Shown: piece by piece, positions 1 through 12,327 of the stretch | Position numbering within the stretch: the stretch's first letter is position 1 | How the letters are laid out: every line of letters starts with the position of its first letter | Source of the DNA: Octopus sinensis | Taxonomy: Eukaryota | Assembly (NCBI RefSeq): GCF_006345805.1 | Contig: NC_043006.1 | Span: 57,722,001 to 57,786,000, forward strand | DNA length: 64,000 bases | Direction: 5' to 3' | Notes under the pieces: generated by a model | What the model was told of the DNA's origin: nothing | Database searches by the model: none | Seen by the model: the letters and a program-made list of their open reading frames with translations, nothing else | Made by a program: the position numbers and the translations under genes

Positions 1-954
1 ATAAAATTTCAGTTGGTGCAACAGCTGAAGCCAGTAGACTATGCTCCACATCATAATATGCAGTCAGAGTTCATGACATTTGACCCAACCTGTAGCTATT
101 TAGATTCATTAGGAAGGATCATGGATTTGTATCTTAATCTCTAACAGATGTAAGTCTTATTGAGTTGCAGTAAAGAGAACATAAAATAATTTCTCATTGA
201 ATCAAGACCAAGAGAAGAGTACAGCTCTTCTCCTTGGTGTATTCAGGAATTCTCTTATATAAGCATTGGAAAGCTTACACAGTGAAGAAATAAATAGCAG
301 GCAATTCCAAAATCTTGAGTTTGTAGATGTTGTAGTAGTATAGTCATGTAGAGTAATGATCCGAAAGAAAGACAAAGAAGCATGGATCTGTCAATACTTA
401 GTGTAGAGGAAAGAGTATAGTGAAAGTAAGAACACAAACTTGAATGAAAAGGAACAGCATGAGCAACTACTTAAAGCAAAACTGTTAAAGCTAACAGTGT
501 AAGCCAACAATATTAAATATGATGTGCAGTTTGCCTGTCTCATGAGTTGCAGTTGAGAGAGAGAGAGAAGATATGAAGAGAAAGAAAAAACAGACCAGGT
601 CAGAGTATCTAATAACAGGAATCATCACCCTCATCATCATCTACTGTCCATTGTTCCACGCTTGTACAGGTCAGACAGAATTTCTTGAGGCAGAATATGA
701 AGTACAAATGCACAATTGTACATTTTCAATTTGAAATACTCTGTTGAATTTAACATGTATTTATGAAAGTTGTAGACAAACTGATTGAGAGAAAAAAAAA
801 ATACAATTCAAAAGAGAAATTTTTGGGAGGAAATTAATATAAAAGATTTAAAACTACCAAGGACATGAAAAACATACCTGAGATTCTATTGTTTTGGTAC
901 AACCCTGAACTGATCTCAAACTAATTTTCTTCTTCATTTGCTGTATTTTAACTA

Positions 955-1161
955 TGAGGGGATGCTGAAAAGTTCCTGGCTTTGAATAAAAGAAAATACA
1001 GGAGGATCAGTTAATCATGATTTTATTCAACATATTTCCTTCTCATATTCACACTTATTGCAATGGTTTTTCTAAGCCCTGTAAAAGAACTTGAAAGATT
1101 GGGTCTCCAACCAGGCCTTTCATGATATTCTTAAAGCCAGGGAATTTTCAGCACTCCTTTG
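955..1161. mobile_element. Mariner-type MITE
   Basis: Imperfect terminal inverted repeats tgagggg..gctgaaaagttcctggcttt / aaagccagggaattttcagcactcc; TA at the left end. Confidence 0.65.
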
Positions 1162-1164
1162 TGT

Positions 1165-2200
1165 TGTTCCTTGATGCTTTCATAACTTGGTCCATCAGAT
1201 GATGTCTTTGTAGTTGCTTCATTCTAGAAGATCCTTTGCCCTTACAACAGTTGATGATATCGTTATTCCAGTCTTTTGGAATAACCCCTTTCTGTACAAC
1301 TTGATTAAGCAGTATGTAACATACTTTCCTGGATATTTTAAACCTATCAGTAACTATTGCAGATGATCCATTTGGTTTCTTACTTTCATGTCCTTCACAG
1401 CTATTTCAATTGTATAGCTGCTGATCTGAAAAGCTGATCCCTCAGGTGAACATACTTAGTCCATATCTCTCTCAACTATTCTCCGCATTCAGTAACCTCT
1501 TGTAATAGCACTTGTATGCCTCTCTCATCTCAACATCAGTGAGGGCACTTTTATCTTTACCTATAAATTTCTCACCAATTATGTCCCAATTTGTACTAAC
1601 ATAGTGTTTTGCAAACTGGAATACCTTGAGCTATCACACAACATTGACAAACCTCTTGCTTTTCATTTCCCTTCTTACTAAGTACACCTGTCATCAAACT
1701 TCTCTTCTAGCTACTTGATATTGTTCTTTACTCTCCACTTACCATTAACTGTTTCTAGACCTGTTATTTAGCATTCATCTGAAACATTGCTACATCTACA
1801 GATCTGATCTGTGACTTGCAACAAGTTCTCTCAGAGAAAGTCCTGGTTGTCTCTTATAAAGTCTCTATCTCATTCTCTTAAGAATAAGATCACCTAGTTC
1901 TTTTTTAAATCTAATGCTGGCTGAAAGATTTTTCAGTTTCCAAGCCTTCCTTCCCCAGATTGTTTAGTGTCTCTGGTTCTTTAACTGATATCACTAAATG
2001 CTATTCTATATCGAATGATACATGCTTCATCAGCATAAGGCTAGGTATTCACAACCATCTGACTATTCTGTTTCCTGGTGATTATGAAGTCTGTTTGGAT
2101 TATGTATTCACTTGAATGGTGGGTGATCAGGTGGCTGGCTAGTTTCTCAAAGCTGATGTTACATATCATTAAGTCATTTGTATCACAGACTCCAAGAGCC
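1165..2200 (-). mobile_element. Highly decayed RTE-clade LINE remnant
   Basis: Minus-strand fragments read DWNNDIINCCKGKG...LMDQVMK and PASHLITH..TDFII; the former parallels the better preserved copy at 43-45 kb. Confidence 0.55.
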
Positions 2201-3980
2201 TTGATTCCTCTTCATTCCATATACTATAACCAACAATTATGGGGTTAACCAACATGCCCATTAAAGCCACTGCTCATAATTCTGAGATTATTGTCATCTG
2301 AGGTTGTCTATAAGAAAGATTATTAAAAACAATCCTTTTTTTTCAAGTCAGTCTTAACTAAAATGCAAGTGCACAGATTACAGTTGCTGTAATGTCACCT
2401 ATGACTGGTATAAATTTAATTAAAGTTATATAGCCTAATAACGTTTTGGCCTTCTTTATCAGTCCATTTTGCTGTCAGTAATATGCCTGTTTCAAAAACT
2501 CTAATGCTGATCCCTTCCTAGAAAGTTTGTATTTGTATTTCTTGCTTATGAAGAGTTTGACTGTTTCCCATATCTCTCTTTCTCATATACATCATCTACA
2601 TCTTTTAATTGTAGGATATCTACATTCTCCCCAAACCTACCATTCCTGTTGATGGTAGCAGTACTAAGTAGTTGTAATTGACAAGAGGAGAGGGTTTTGG
2701 AAATTTTTGTTGTTGTTGTTTGATGTTTATTTTCTGCATCTGAAATAAAATGTATTGGAACGATCATCTGGCAAAGGACAAGGATTTTATAGATGACCAG
2801 ATGGTCTCACCTGGTCACTCCACTACTGTGCACTGTACTGTACTAACATGGTAAATCTTAGCCCTGAATATGCAATTAGAGTTTTTCCTTGATTTGGTTA
2901 CCATGTTATTTGATTTTAATCCACATTTTCAGCTGTTTGATGACAAATTCCAGAATGATAAAAAGAGTCAGGAATAGCAAGCAACTTTATCTTAGAGCTA
3001 AATGTATTTGAAATCAATTCACAACTGAACAACCATGACCACAGCAAGCTCAATATCATTGTATACCTACTGTTGACTTCATCTTTCAAAGAGCTTTCCA
3101 TCAGACTGTGTTAAAAGATGAAGTCCAAGTGAAAGGGAACTGGATATTTTTTTGCTTTACAGTTGTCATCATCATTTCATGTTCACTTTGCATGTTGGCA
3201 TGGGTTGGAGAGTTCAACAGGATTCTTTGGGTCAGAAAACCACGTCTCACTCCAGCATCTCAGGTTTGTCCTGATTTTTATATTGGATGCCCTTCCTAAT
3301 GCCAACCACTGGGAATTTTTTTTCCACAGTACTAGCACAAGTGAGGTTGCCTTGTAATTCACAAAACTAAAGAACCCTTTGACTGAGGGGAAGAATAGTA
3401 GGGAGGGAGGAGGTGGCTTTATGTGAGGTGCTGAGGAGTTGTATGGTAGAAAGGATTGGAGCAGGTTTGCAGTTGTGGAGAAGATCCATAGCTATCCCAC
3501 ATTATATATAGGTGAGTAGGAGTTAATGGGGTGGAGCTGGAAAAAAAGTTAAAGATGGTGGTGAGGAGGTGTCAGCGTATTTTCAAAGTACAGGAAGATG
3601 GCCAGAAGAGAGTGTGGTCACAGAAGATGAGGAAAGATGGGTAGGTAAAGATTACAAAAATGCTGGGGAAAATGAGAGTTGTTTAGAAAAGGGGCCGGAG
3701 TGAATGTATTGAATGGTTAATAAGAGAGGGAGTGGGTGGTAAATAGTAAATACGAGTTGGGGAGGGTGAAAGAATGAGAGATGAATGTCAATAGAAGTGA
3801 CTCAGAGGAGAGGAAGTGATGACTGGCAATGCAGAAAGGGTGATAAGCAACATCTGACAATGAAAAAGAAATGGCATTGATTGTGTCTAATAAATTTAAA
3901 ACCAAACCAACTACCTCTCATCTTCAGTTTTAGTGTCCATTCCATCAAGGAGGATTCTACCAAATATGCTTCCTAATATA

Positions 3981-4161
3981 GGTGTAGGAGTGGCTGTGTG
4001 GTAAGTAGCTTGCTTACCAACTACATAGTTTCAGGTTCAGTCCCACTGCATGGCACCTTGGGCAAGTGTCTTCTACTATAGCCTCAGGCCGACCAAAGCC
4101 TTGTGAGTGGATTTAGTAGATGGAAACTGAAAGAAGCCAATCATATATATGTGTGTATATA

Positions 4162-4216
<55 letters not shown>

Positions 4217-4449
4217 GTATGTATGTGTGTGTATATGTTTGTGTGTCAGTGTTTGTCCTCGCAACATCGCTTGACAACCAACGCTGGTGTGTTTACATCC
4301 CCATAACTTAGCAGTTTGGCAAAAGAGACCGATAGAATAAATACTAGGCTTACAAAGAATAAGTCCTGGGGTCGATTTGCTTGACTAAAGGCAGTGCTCC
4401 AGCATGGCCACAGTCAAATGACTGAAACAAGTAAAAGAGTAAAAGAGTA
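3981..4449 (+). mobile_element. tRNA-derived SINE family A, full length, with internal (TA)n
   Basis: A-box-like TGGCTGTGTGG, B-box-like GGTTCAGTCCC, central microsatellite, (GTAAAAGA)n tail. Near-identical copies elsewhere in the window. Confidence 0.9.
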
Positions 4450-4689
4450 ATATTGATAAAAGTGAAATTGTACTGTGGTTTAATGAGTTTTGCTTGTCAC
4501 CCCCTTCCATGAAATGTGTTACCAGCATGCAAGGCTAGTCTTTTAGCAACTTTTCTGACTTATGCCTTATGTTAAATAATACATCACATACTAACCATCT
4601 GTTCTCCTCCAAATACTATGACTTTGACACCGATGGCATCAACACTAAAGCTTAACAGAGGCAAACTTAGTATAAGAGGAATCAGTTGG

Positions 4690-4885
4690 AGTGAACTAGA
4701 GATGAGACTATGGTGTGAATGGAAGATAACAACTGCATAAGCAAGTGTCAAGTGCACAAAGTAGGTGGTACCTGTGAAGGAAGGGGACTGAGAAAGATTT
4801 GGGATGAAGTGGAGAAAAATGATCTCAAGATTTTACATATGAAGAAAGGGATGACTGAAGACCATGTTGACTGGTTGATATATGC
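4690..4885 (+). mobile_element. RTE LINE ORF C-terminal remnant
   Basis: ORF 4719 text (GGTCEGRGLRKIWDEVEKNDL..MTEDHVDW) parallels GRGRPRKTWDEMMKHDL..TKDRDFW at 45.1 kb. Confidence 0.6.
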
Positions 4886-5797
4886 TGTGGCAGAAAACCT
4901 GATATTCTGCCCAAGCTTAGTGTATGCATCTCCACCCATTATATACCCTCACATCCCATATCCAGCTTTTCTCCTAATCACCTCTACTCACCATGTCATT
5001 ACACACATGACTTAGAGGCAAGTTCTCAGTTTGTACATATTGAATATCTCCCTTCTGCCCAAATCGTGATTCTTGAATGAAGAGGGTTTACATTCTGGCA
5101 ACTTTTACCCACCCTCCCTGATTTTCCAGTCACCATGTTCTCTTGGACATGCAGCCATTAGGGTAAAAACCTGGCCCCTCATCATCATCTTATCTCTCCT
5201 CCTTACAGCTCTTCTGTTCCCTTCCTATCATCCATTTCCATCTTAACTTTCTTTCATATACCACTTTATCCATTCATGTATCTACATCTACTCAACATTC
5301 CCTACTATCTCTCACTAAGGAAGGACATCCAGCCAAAGAAATCGGAGCAAACCATCTAACCCATGCTAGCAAGAAAATTGGACATAAAACGATAATATTC
5401 AAATGTATATATGTATATGTGTATACATATACATACACAAAGCTTGTTTTACTATGTTAGAATGGTCAGATGATTCTGAAAAGTTAGACTTTGCACAAGA
5501 ATTGTTGGAGTACAGGACTCAATGCAGAAAAACTAAGTTCAATGAAAACCTCAAGGTCAGAACAACATCTATTTTCAGCAAAGTGCCAAACAGTGACAAT
5601 GTTTAGATCAAGGTTTGAACTCATAAGCGCATGACCTTTTATTCCATCTAGTAAAGTGAGGCAAGATATCACAACTACACCATTGTACTTTACATGCTTT
5701 CTACATCTCAGAGAGAACCTTTGGAATTATTGGTAGTCGGATATACGACCTGTCAATTAGAGCTGTTGATTCATTCTCAGAAGTCAACAACTTGACA

Positions 5798-5803
5798 TTT
5801 ATT
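5798..5803 (-). terminator. Candidate AATAAA polyadenylation signal of the PDE9-like gene (another at 5638-5643)
   Basis: tttatt on the plus strand about 700 nt downstream of the stop codon, in repeat-poor sequence. No transcript data. Confidence 0.35.
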
Positions 5804-6508
5804 ACTCATAAAAGTTATCATTTAAAAAAAAACAACAAAAATTGAAATGGGAAACAATAAGTTAAAAGTTTGATTAAACTGATTCAAAACAAAGAAAAAT
5901 ATGAATAAATACGCTAAAAGACATCAATTTGTCTATGAAATGTCAACTAGTAAATGCAAAATTCTCATACTTGCAGAAAGAATTAAAATAATATTAGTCC
6001 TTGACTAATATTGTTTTTTCGTCAACACATAATCGTTTCTAGTTAGCTTTTTAATACCTCCTGTATTAAATCTGCTAACACTAATACAACTAGTAAATGC
6101 AAAAACCTATGTGTACAGATGTGGCTTTCTACAGATACAAGTAACATATCAATCAAATATGGAGATGAGAAGTGATCATAGCTTTGTTTGTTTGTTTTTC
6201 TGTTTTTTACAAATGGTTATACAAGATAAGAAGGGATTGTTTACAACTTTACGTTTTTGACTGTCGTATATTACAGGCAACCGTTGATATTTAGGACAAC
6301 TGTCTCTCAGAGTGCTGAGATTTCTGCTCACCATTCCTAATACATGGTAGAGATCTCGTCTCTCAGTCTGAGCACATCTAGTCAATCAGTTCTTGGTGAA
6401 AACTACAAGAAACTGAGAGCAGATGTTGGAAGGATAAAATCAAGCTCTTGGTTCTTTGTTTGAAATATGTTCCATTCCATTGTTTTCCTTGGCAATGTAC
6501 TTGAACTT

Positions 6509-6613
6509 TCAAGACTGAGTCTTCTTGGTTGGATTCTTTTTCATATTTTGTTCATATTCTTGAAACTGGTTTTCATAATAACTCAGAGCTGATTCAGCTG
6601 GTGCTAATAAGTT
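6509..6613 (-). CDS. PDE9: PDE9-like terminal coding exon (NLLAPAESALSYYENQFQEYEQNMKKNPTKKTQS*)
   Basis: Pyrimidine tract plus tttcag acceptor, in frame with the previous exon, TGA at 6511-6509. Position fits the final helix of the PDE domain. Confidence 0.8.
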   Translation of the reverse strand, partial: NLLAPAESALSYYENQFQEYEQNMKKNPTKKTQS

Positions 6614-7268
6614 CTGAAAGAAATGAAGAGAAAGAGGAAAAAAAATGTCAAAATTTATATGAAGACAAAATGTTAAATGTATGGAAATTGACTGAAAATT
6701 TGTGTATAGTTTGGTGGTTTAAAGAACTGAGCTGGAGTCTTCTACAATAATAATGGTTTTTACATTGATACAGACAGTGTTGACAACTGTTGTTGCTTAG
6801 CACCAAGTCAGCTACAATGGAATACAATCATGATCAAAAGATATTCAAGCCATAACCAGCTTTCCTTCTTCTTTCTAGGACTACATTTTCCAATGTGATT
6901 TGGTGAGACACTTTGATGCTATCTCTAGCAACTTCAACAACCACATGCAGACACCTTAGAGCTCAAATAAGAGATCAACACTTCATTTTCTCTTCCAAAG
7001 ACTATATATGTAATGTAGCATTTTGTAACAACCAATAATTAACACAACCAAACTTTTACATGTTACTTTTGACAATCTTTTTCCAAAGAGTGAAACCGGT
7101 AAAGTAAATAAACATCTTTTAAAATTGCATTTTCAAACCTTCTTTCGTATATAATTCCACTCATGCGGTACCCTACAACTCCACTTTGTTATATATATAT
7201 ATATATATACATATACACATATATTTTATATATATACATATATCTTATACATATATATACACACACAC

Positions 7269-7458
7269 GATGTGTGGTGAATTTATGGAAAGAAATCCCA
7301 TAAAACTCATCAATTTAGTTCAAAACGGAGAAGACAAGTTGTTATAATATATAAGAGGATTTTAAAATCCTCTTATATATTTTAACAGCTCATCTTCCTC
7401 ATTTTTAACTAAATTCATGAGTTTTATCGGATTTCCTTCCACAAACTCACCACACATC
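7269..7458. repeat. 190-bp loopless imperfect palindrome (foldback MITE-like)
   Basis: Centre GGATTTT|AAAATCC at 7363/7364. Arms pair out to gatgtgtggtga / tcaccacacatc. Confidence 0.85.
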
Positions 7459-7608
7459 ATATACAAGTATTATTTTCACATTTGCAAATTTACGATTGTA
7501 TACTACCAGCAAAATATGAAGAATCAATATTAGAAATTTTTTTTTTCGAAAACTCTAAATTAAAGGACAAATCTACATTCAACCATTTTACACCTATATG
7601 TGAGTGTG

Positions 7609-7651
<43 letters not shown>

Positions 7652-7653
<2 letters not shown>

Positions 7654-7861
7654 CTTTTACTCTTCTACTTGTTTCAGTCATTTGACTGTGGCCATGCTGG
7701 AGCATCACCTTTAATCAAACAAATCAACCCCAGGACTTATTCTTTGTAAGCCTAGTACTTATTCTATTCATCACTTTTGCTGAACTGTAAAGTGACAGGG
7801 ACGTAAATACACCAACATCAGTTGTCAAGTGATGGTGGGGGACAAACACAGACACAAATAA

Positions 7862-7901
<40 letters not shown>

Positions 7902-8037
7902 CTTTCAATTTTCCTTGTACCAAATCCTCTCACATGGCTTTGGTCAGCCCGAGGCTATAATAGACACTTGCCCAAGGTGCCACACAGAACCATGTGGTTG
8001 GGAAACAAGCTTCTTACCACACAGCCACTTCTGCGCC
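7652..8037 (-). mobile_element. SINE family A, followed by an inverted 3' half-copy at about 8041-8230
   Basis: Reverse complement of the 3981 element. Confidence 0.85.
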
Positions 8038-8719
8038 TTATATGTGTGTGTGTGTGTGTCTCTGTGTTTGTCCCCCCACCCATCACTGCTTGACAACCGA
8101 CAGTGTTTTACGTCCTCATAACTTAGTAATTTGGCAAAGAGATTAATAGAATAAGTCTTGGGATGGAATTGCTTGACAAAAACACTTCAAGACATGCTCC
8201 AGCATGGCCACAGTCAAACGACTGAATAAAAATGACTGAATAAAAAAATAAAAGTATACATAAATCTTTAATAAATTATACCCATTAAATTGAAACTTAT
8301 CATTTGGGTTATTATATTATGAAACAGACATCTAAGTGTGACAACATGTTACATAACAGAACATCGATCTAAAGATGATATAGTAGTCAACTCTTATCAA
8401 CTAAACCTATGATCAAACATTCCATTGGTGACCATCCAATCAGTTTTGTTATCCAATGTATAATGCATGCTTCCTATAAGTATACATGTGTGTGTGTCAC
8501 TGGCTCCCTGCTTTGACTTTGGGTCATAGTTGTAAATGAGTGTCACAGTCAGGCAAGTGGTATACTTTGTTTCCAATATTCTGTGAAAACATGTCAGGCA
8601 ATGGGGGGGGGGGAGACATCACCTCACTTGGAAACAGGTGAGGTTTGGTGATAGGGAGGGCATCTGGTCGTAGGAAATCTGCTTCAACAAATTCTGTATG
8701 ATGCATGCAAGCATGGAAA

Positions 8720-8834
8720 AGTAATGGTGATGGTAACAATGGTGGTGCTGATGATGATATGATAATAATAGTGATGATGATGAAAATGATGGTAATGATG
8801 GTAAGAATGATGATGTTGACAATGATAATAGTGG

Positions 8835-8870
<36 letters not shown>

Positions 8871-9045
8871 CAGTGATGATTTTGATAATATTGATGATAA
8901 CGATAATGACAATGATAATGATGACAATAAAGGTGATGATGATGACAGTGATGGTTATGAGGGTGGTGGTGTTGATGGTGACGGTTATGACGATGATAAT
9001 GATAATGATGGTGGTGTTGATGCTGGTGACAATGAGAATGATCAT
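8720..9045. repeat. Degenerate (GAT/GGT/AAT)n trinucleotide tract
   Basis: Seen directly; explains the poly-I/M/S ORFs. Confidence 0.9.
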
Positions 9046-9148
9046 CTCAGCCTGATATAACACTGAAAAACTACAAACAGATCAGCCAAACTGTAAGGAA
9101 AATAAAATGAGCTGCACATTGACAGGAGAACAAAATCTGTGAACATAC

Positions 9149-9295
9149 CATTGCCTTGGGGAAGCACTGACAGAGGGCCTTGACTAAAGGCATCAATACA
9201 TTGGCTATGAAGTGGACCTGAGATTTAGATTTCACATGTGTGTCTCTATCCATGAAACTAGTCACAGGTAATCCTTCAAGTTTCTCTGTATCACT
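9149..9295 (-). CDS. PDE9: PDE9-like exon with invariant Gln (SDTEKLEGLPVTSFMDRDTHVKSKSQVHFIANVLMPLVKALCQCFPKAM)
   Basis: tgacag acceptor, GTATGT donor, 147 nt. SD.EK.EGLPV..FMDR and QxxF purine-pocket motifs. Confidence 0.95.
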
Positions 9296-9624
9296 CTGTC
9301 AAATAAAAACAGAAATCAGTAAAAGGTTAATACACCAGATAACATGCTTTTTTTTTTATATAAAGAAATATCAAAATATGTTTAACTTATGATTTCCCAA
9401 TCGGACACTTTATATGATGAAAAAAAAAATTAAATTACATAACAATTAATCATTCGTCAGAAATGTGGCCCCTATGTGGTTGTATGATCTGCTAGAAATA
9501 GCAGCCAAATCTTCTCAAATCTCACTTCTTCACTCTTTAAAAAGGAAGGTCATATTTTTTACATAAAGCAGTCTTAGATACAGAGAAGTACTTGCATAGC
9601 AAGTGACTTGATCTGGGATCATGT

Positions 9625-9840
9625 GCTGAAACAAAAACAATTGCAGCATAGAAGATGTTTGTAAGCCATTCAAGAACACACAAAAACCACGCAATTTTGT
9701 CAGTGAACAGGTCATGGTTTCAAAGCAGCGAAAATATTTTGACAATAATGAAATTTAAATGTTGAAGTGAAACTAATGGCTTTTTCATGTTCTTGAATGG
9801 CTTACAAACATCTTCCGTGCTGCAATTGTGGTTGTTTGAG
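9625..9840. mobile_element. MITE with about 60-bp terminal inverted repeats, inserted into a family D repeat
   Basis: acaattgcagca.agaagatgtttgtaagccattcaagaaca recurs inverted at about 9788-9829. Confidence 0.75.
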
Positions 9841-10189
9841 TCTTAAATTCCTAAAACCCCCACCAAAAAAAAAAAAAAAAAAAAATTTGGATAGTCATGA
9901 CTGAAGTATTTCTGTTCATAAATATATTCAATTAGGGCTGACTTAGTGTTATATAAAAGAATTGACTCTACTGTTGCACTGAACAAATTCCTTTTTAAGT
10001 TGTCTGACTGGTTTGATTTCCAGACAACATTCAGTTTGTTGAAGGTTAGCCATGCTCTGGCTATTCAAGTTTTTACATCTTTTCAGTAGAGGCTATCTCA
10101 GAAATGAGGTATGCGAAATTATCAAATTGATTAATGGGGGTCTTCTCTGATATGGAGCAACAGCCAGGATGCTTGCCAAAAACTAAAAT

Positions 10190-10530
10190 CCAAGCAAGAT
10201 GGAACTTAGATCCGAATGTTAAGAGCAATCTGAAACATATCTTGGAGAACTCATTCTGCTAAAACACAGCTGTTTGGAGATCACCTGCATGTTTCTACTA
10301 TTATACAAAGCACTTGTGCTTTGTAGGATATTGCTGGTGAGCTAAACAAGAACTGACAAGTGAGCTTCTGCTATGGATGCCAAAGCATGGTTGTACTTAA
10401 GCAGGTCGTCCAAATACAATACATGTTGACCAACTCACAAGAGACACTGGATGCCAAAGACCTCCCTCAAATAATGTAGGACTGAGATGGATGGCATACA
10501 TGGGTTAAAAATTTGAGCAGATGACAAGCA
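10190..10530 (+). mobile_element. Decayed RTE-like LINE 3' coding remnant (different family from the 43-kb copy)
   Basis: Reads FVGYCW*AKQELTSELLLWMPKHG...GRP...HVDQLTRDTGC, typical of RTE ORF ends. Confidence 0.55.
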
Positions 10531-11114
10531 GGATGGTGTTATATAACAACAATAATAGCAAGTGTAAATGTTACTATCAATTCCAATGTAAAGTTACAGA
10601 GATATCAACCTCTAACATATCACAAGGGGGCTGCTTGCTACAACATCAACTGTAGAAAGAGTAATAACAGCTACAGCTCAACATCAACATCACTATCAGC
10701 CTCCAACATCCATTTTCCATGCTGGCATAGCTTGGACAGTTTGACAGGAACTGGCAAACTAGAAGACTGCACCAAACCCTGCTGTCTGCTTTGGTATGGT
10801 TTTTATGGCTGGATGCCCTTCCTTCTGCCAACCACTTTACAGAATGTACTGGATGCTTTTTATGTGGGACTAGCAGCAGAGAGGCCACTAAGTAACTTTC
10901 AGGCCAAGACCCCTAAACTGAGGGCAGGGAGAAGTATTGAGGGATAGAAAAGGTGTCTTTCAATGCTGGAAAAATATGGTTATCTTAGTGGAGAGTGAAA
11001 AGATGGTGAAGATGTCAAAGGGAGGGAGCAGAAGCCATATAACCAAGTTACAGCATGGTGTGTATAATGAAGTGGATCAGGAATTGGAGAGGGTGAGTGG
11101 ATGAGCCAATTTTT

Positions 11115-11300
11115 GTGAGAGCTAATAAGGTCTTTGTATGAGCTAACAAGGCTTCTCCACGTGGGCTAATAAGGTATTCTCTCTATGCACTGATGAGGAA
11201 ATCCCCATGTGAACTAATGAGAGTTTCTGTGTGAGCTAACAAAGAGAGTTTCAACATAATCTAATGTAGGAATTTCTATGTTAGCTAATGAGGAAGCTTC
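11115..11300. repeat. Degenerate 21-25 bp minisatellite (core tgagctaatRagg), about 8 units
   Basis: Recurrent gagctaataagg / gagctaacaagg / gaactaatgag / tagctaatgagg. Confidence 0.7.
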
Positions 11301-11542
11301 AATGCAGTCACTTGACTTGCTAGAAATAGCAACCAAATATTCCTCAAATCACACTCAACTGTCTTAAATAATAAGGAAGCACATTGATAATATAATTCCA
11401 AATACAGTATGTAAAAATATGGGATAGTCACATCTGAGAGTTTTCATCATGGGTTTTGGGAGATCAAAGCAAGATTGGGGTTTAACAACAAGGATAACAA
11501 GAACAGCTATATTATAAAATAATCTACAATTTAATAACAGAC

Positions 11543-11647
11543 CTGTGCAAAGAACTCATTCAACAGACAGTCCAACCATGGCTCAGCAACAGTAGGAGGT
11601 CGGAGTTCATTTGAAATATCTGCAACTTTTATAAGCATGGACATCAA
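11543..11647 (-). CDS. PDE9: PDE9-like exon ([35 protein letters not shown])
   Basis: tttttag acceptor, GTCTGT donor, 105 nt. Contains DISNE.RP...AEPW and EFFxQ motifs. Confidence 0.95.
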
Positions 11648-12327
11648 CTAAAAAAATATGCAGAAGAAAATAAATTTTGTTACATTTTAATAAAAACAAA
11701 TATCAAAGCAAAAAAAAAAAAATTAACAAGGTGTGAGAAAAAGAAGATATAGGTAACTGGTGGTGGTCTGCAGTAGTAAAAATTATGCAATGTTGTTTAT
11801 GAAGAGAAGATAAATTTGAAGAGTTGGTACTGGCTCTTTGTCTGAGAGAGTGAGAATTTTAATTTCTTTTTTTTTAATGTTGAAATATTTCATTTCTTTC
11901 ACACCCAGGGTAAGGAACATTCATGAATCACCAGTGTCCCCATATACCAACAGCATATGAATTTAGCTAAATTCACAAGGTACAAAATAAAATGACAGTT
12001 TTGTATACGATTGTTGGTCTGTGTCAGTAAAATATAAGAGTAAAAACAGCAAAGTGAGGGACAAACACAAGTATATGCACCCCCACACACACTCAAACAC
12101 AGAGGCTGCCACAAAAGTTTTGTTAACCAAATTCATTCACAAGGTATTAGCCAGCCAGAGGATATAGCAGATGACTTTTGCCCAAATAACCATGCAGTGG
12201 GACTGCCTGTTAAACTGCATGGCTGCAAAGAAAGATTGTTAAGCACACTGCCCTTCAATAGTTATTATGAACATCACAAGCATATATTATTATCAAAGGA
12301 CAATATAGTTTTTCTACAGTTCTATAT

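Noticed and set aside
8524-9063. Long low-complexity ORFs (also at 40.0-40.8, 21.6-22.0, 24.4-24.9 and 54.8-55.2 kb)
   Set aside because: Translations of di- and trinucleotide repeats; no splice or domain support.
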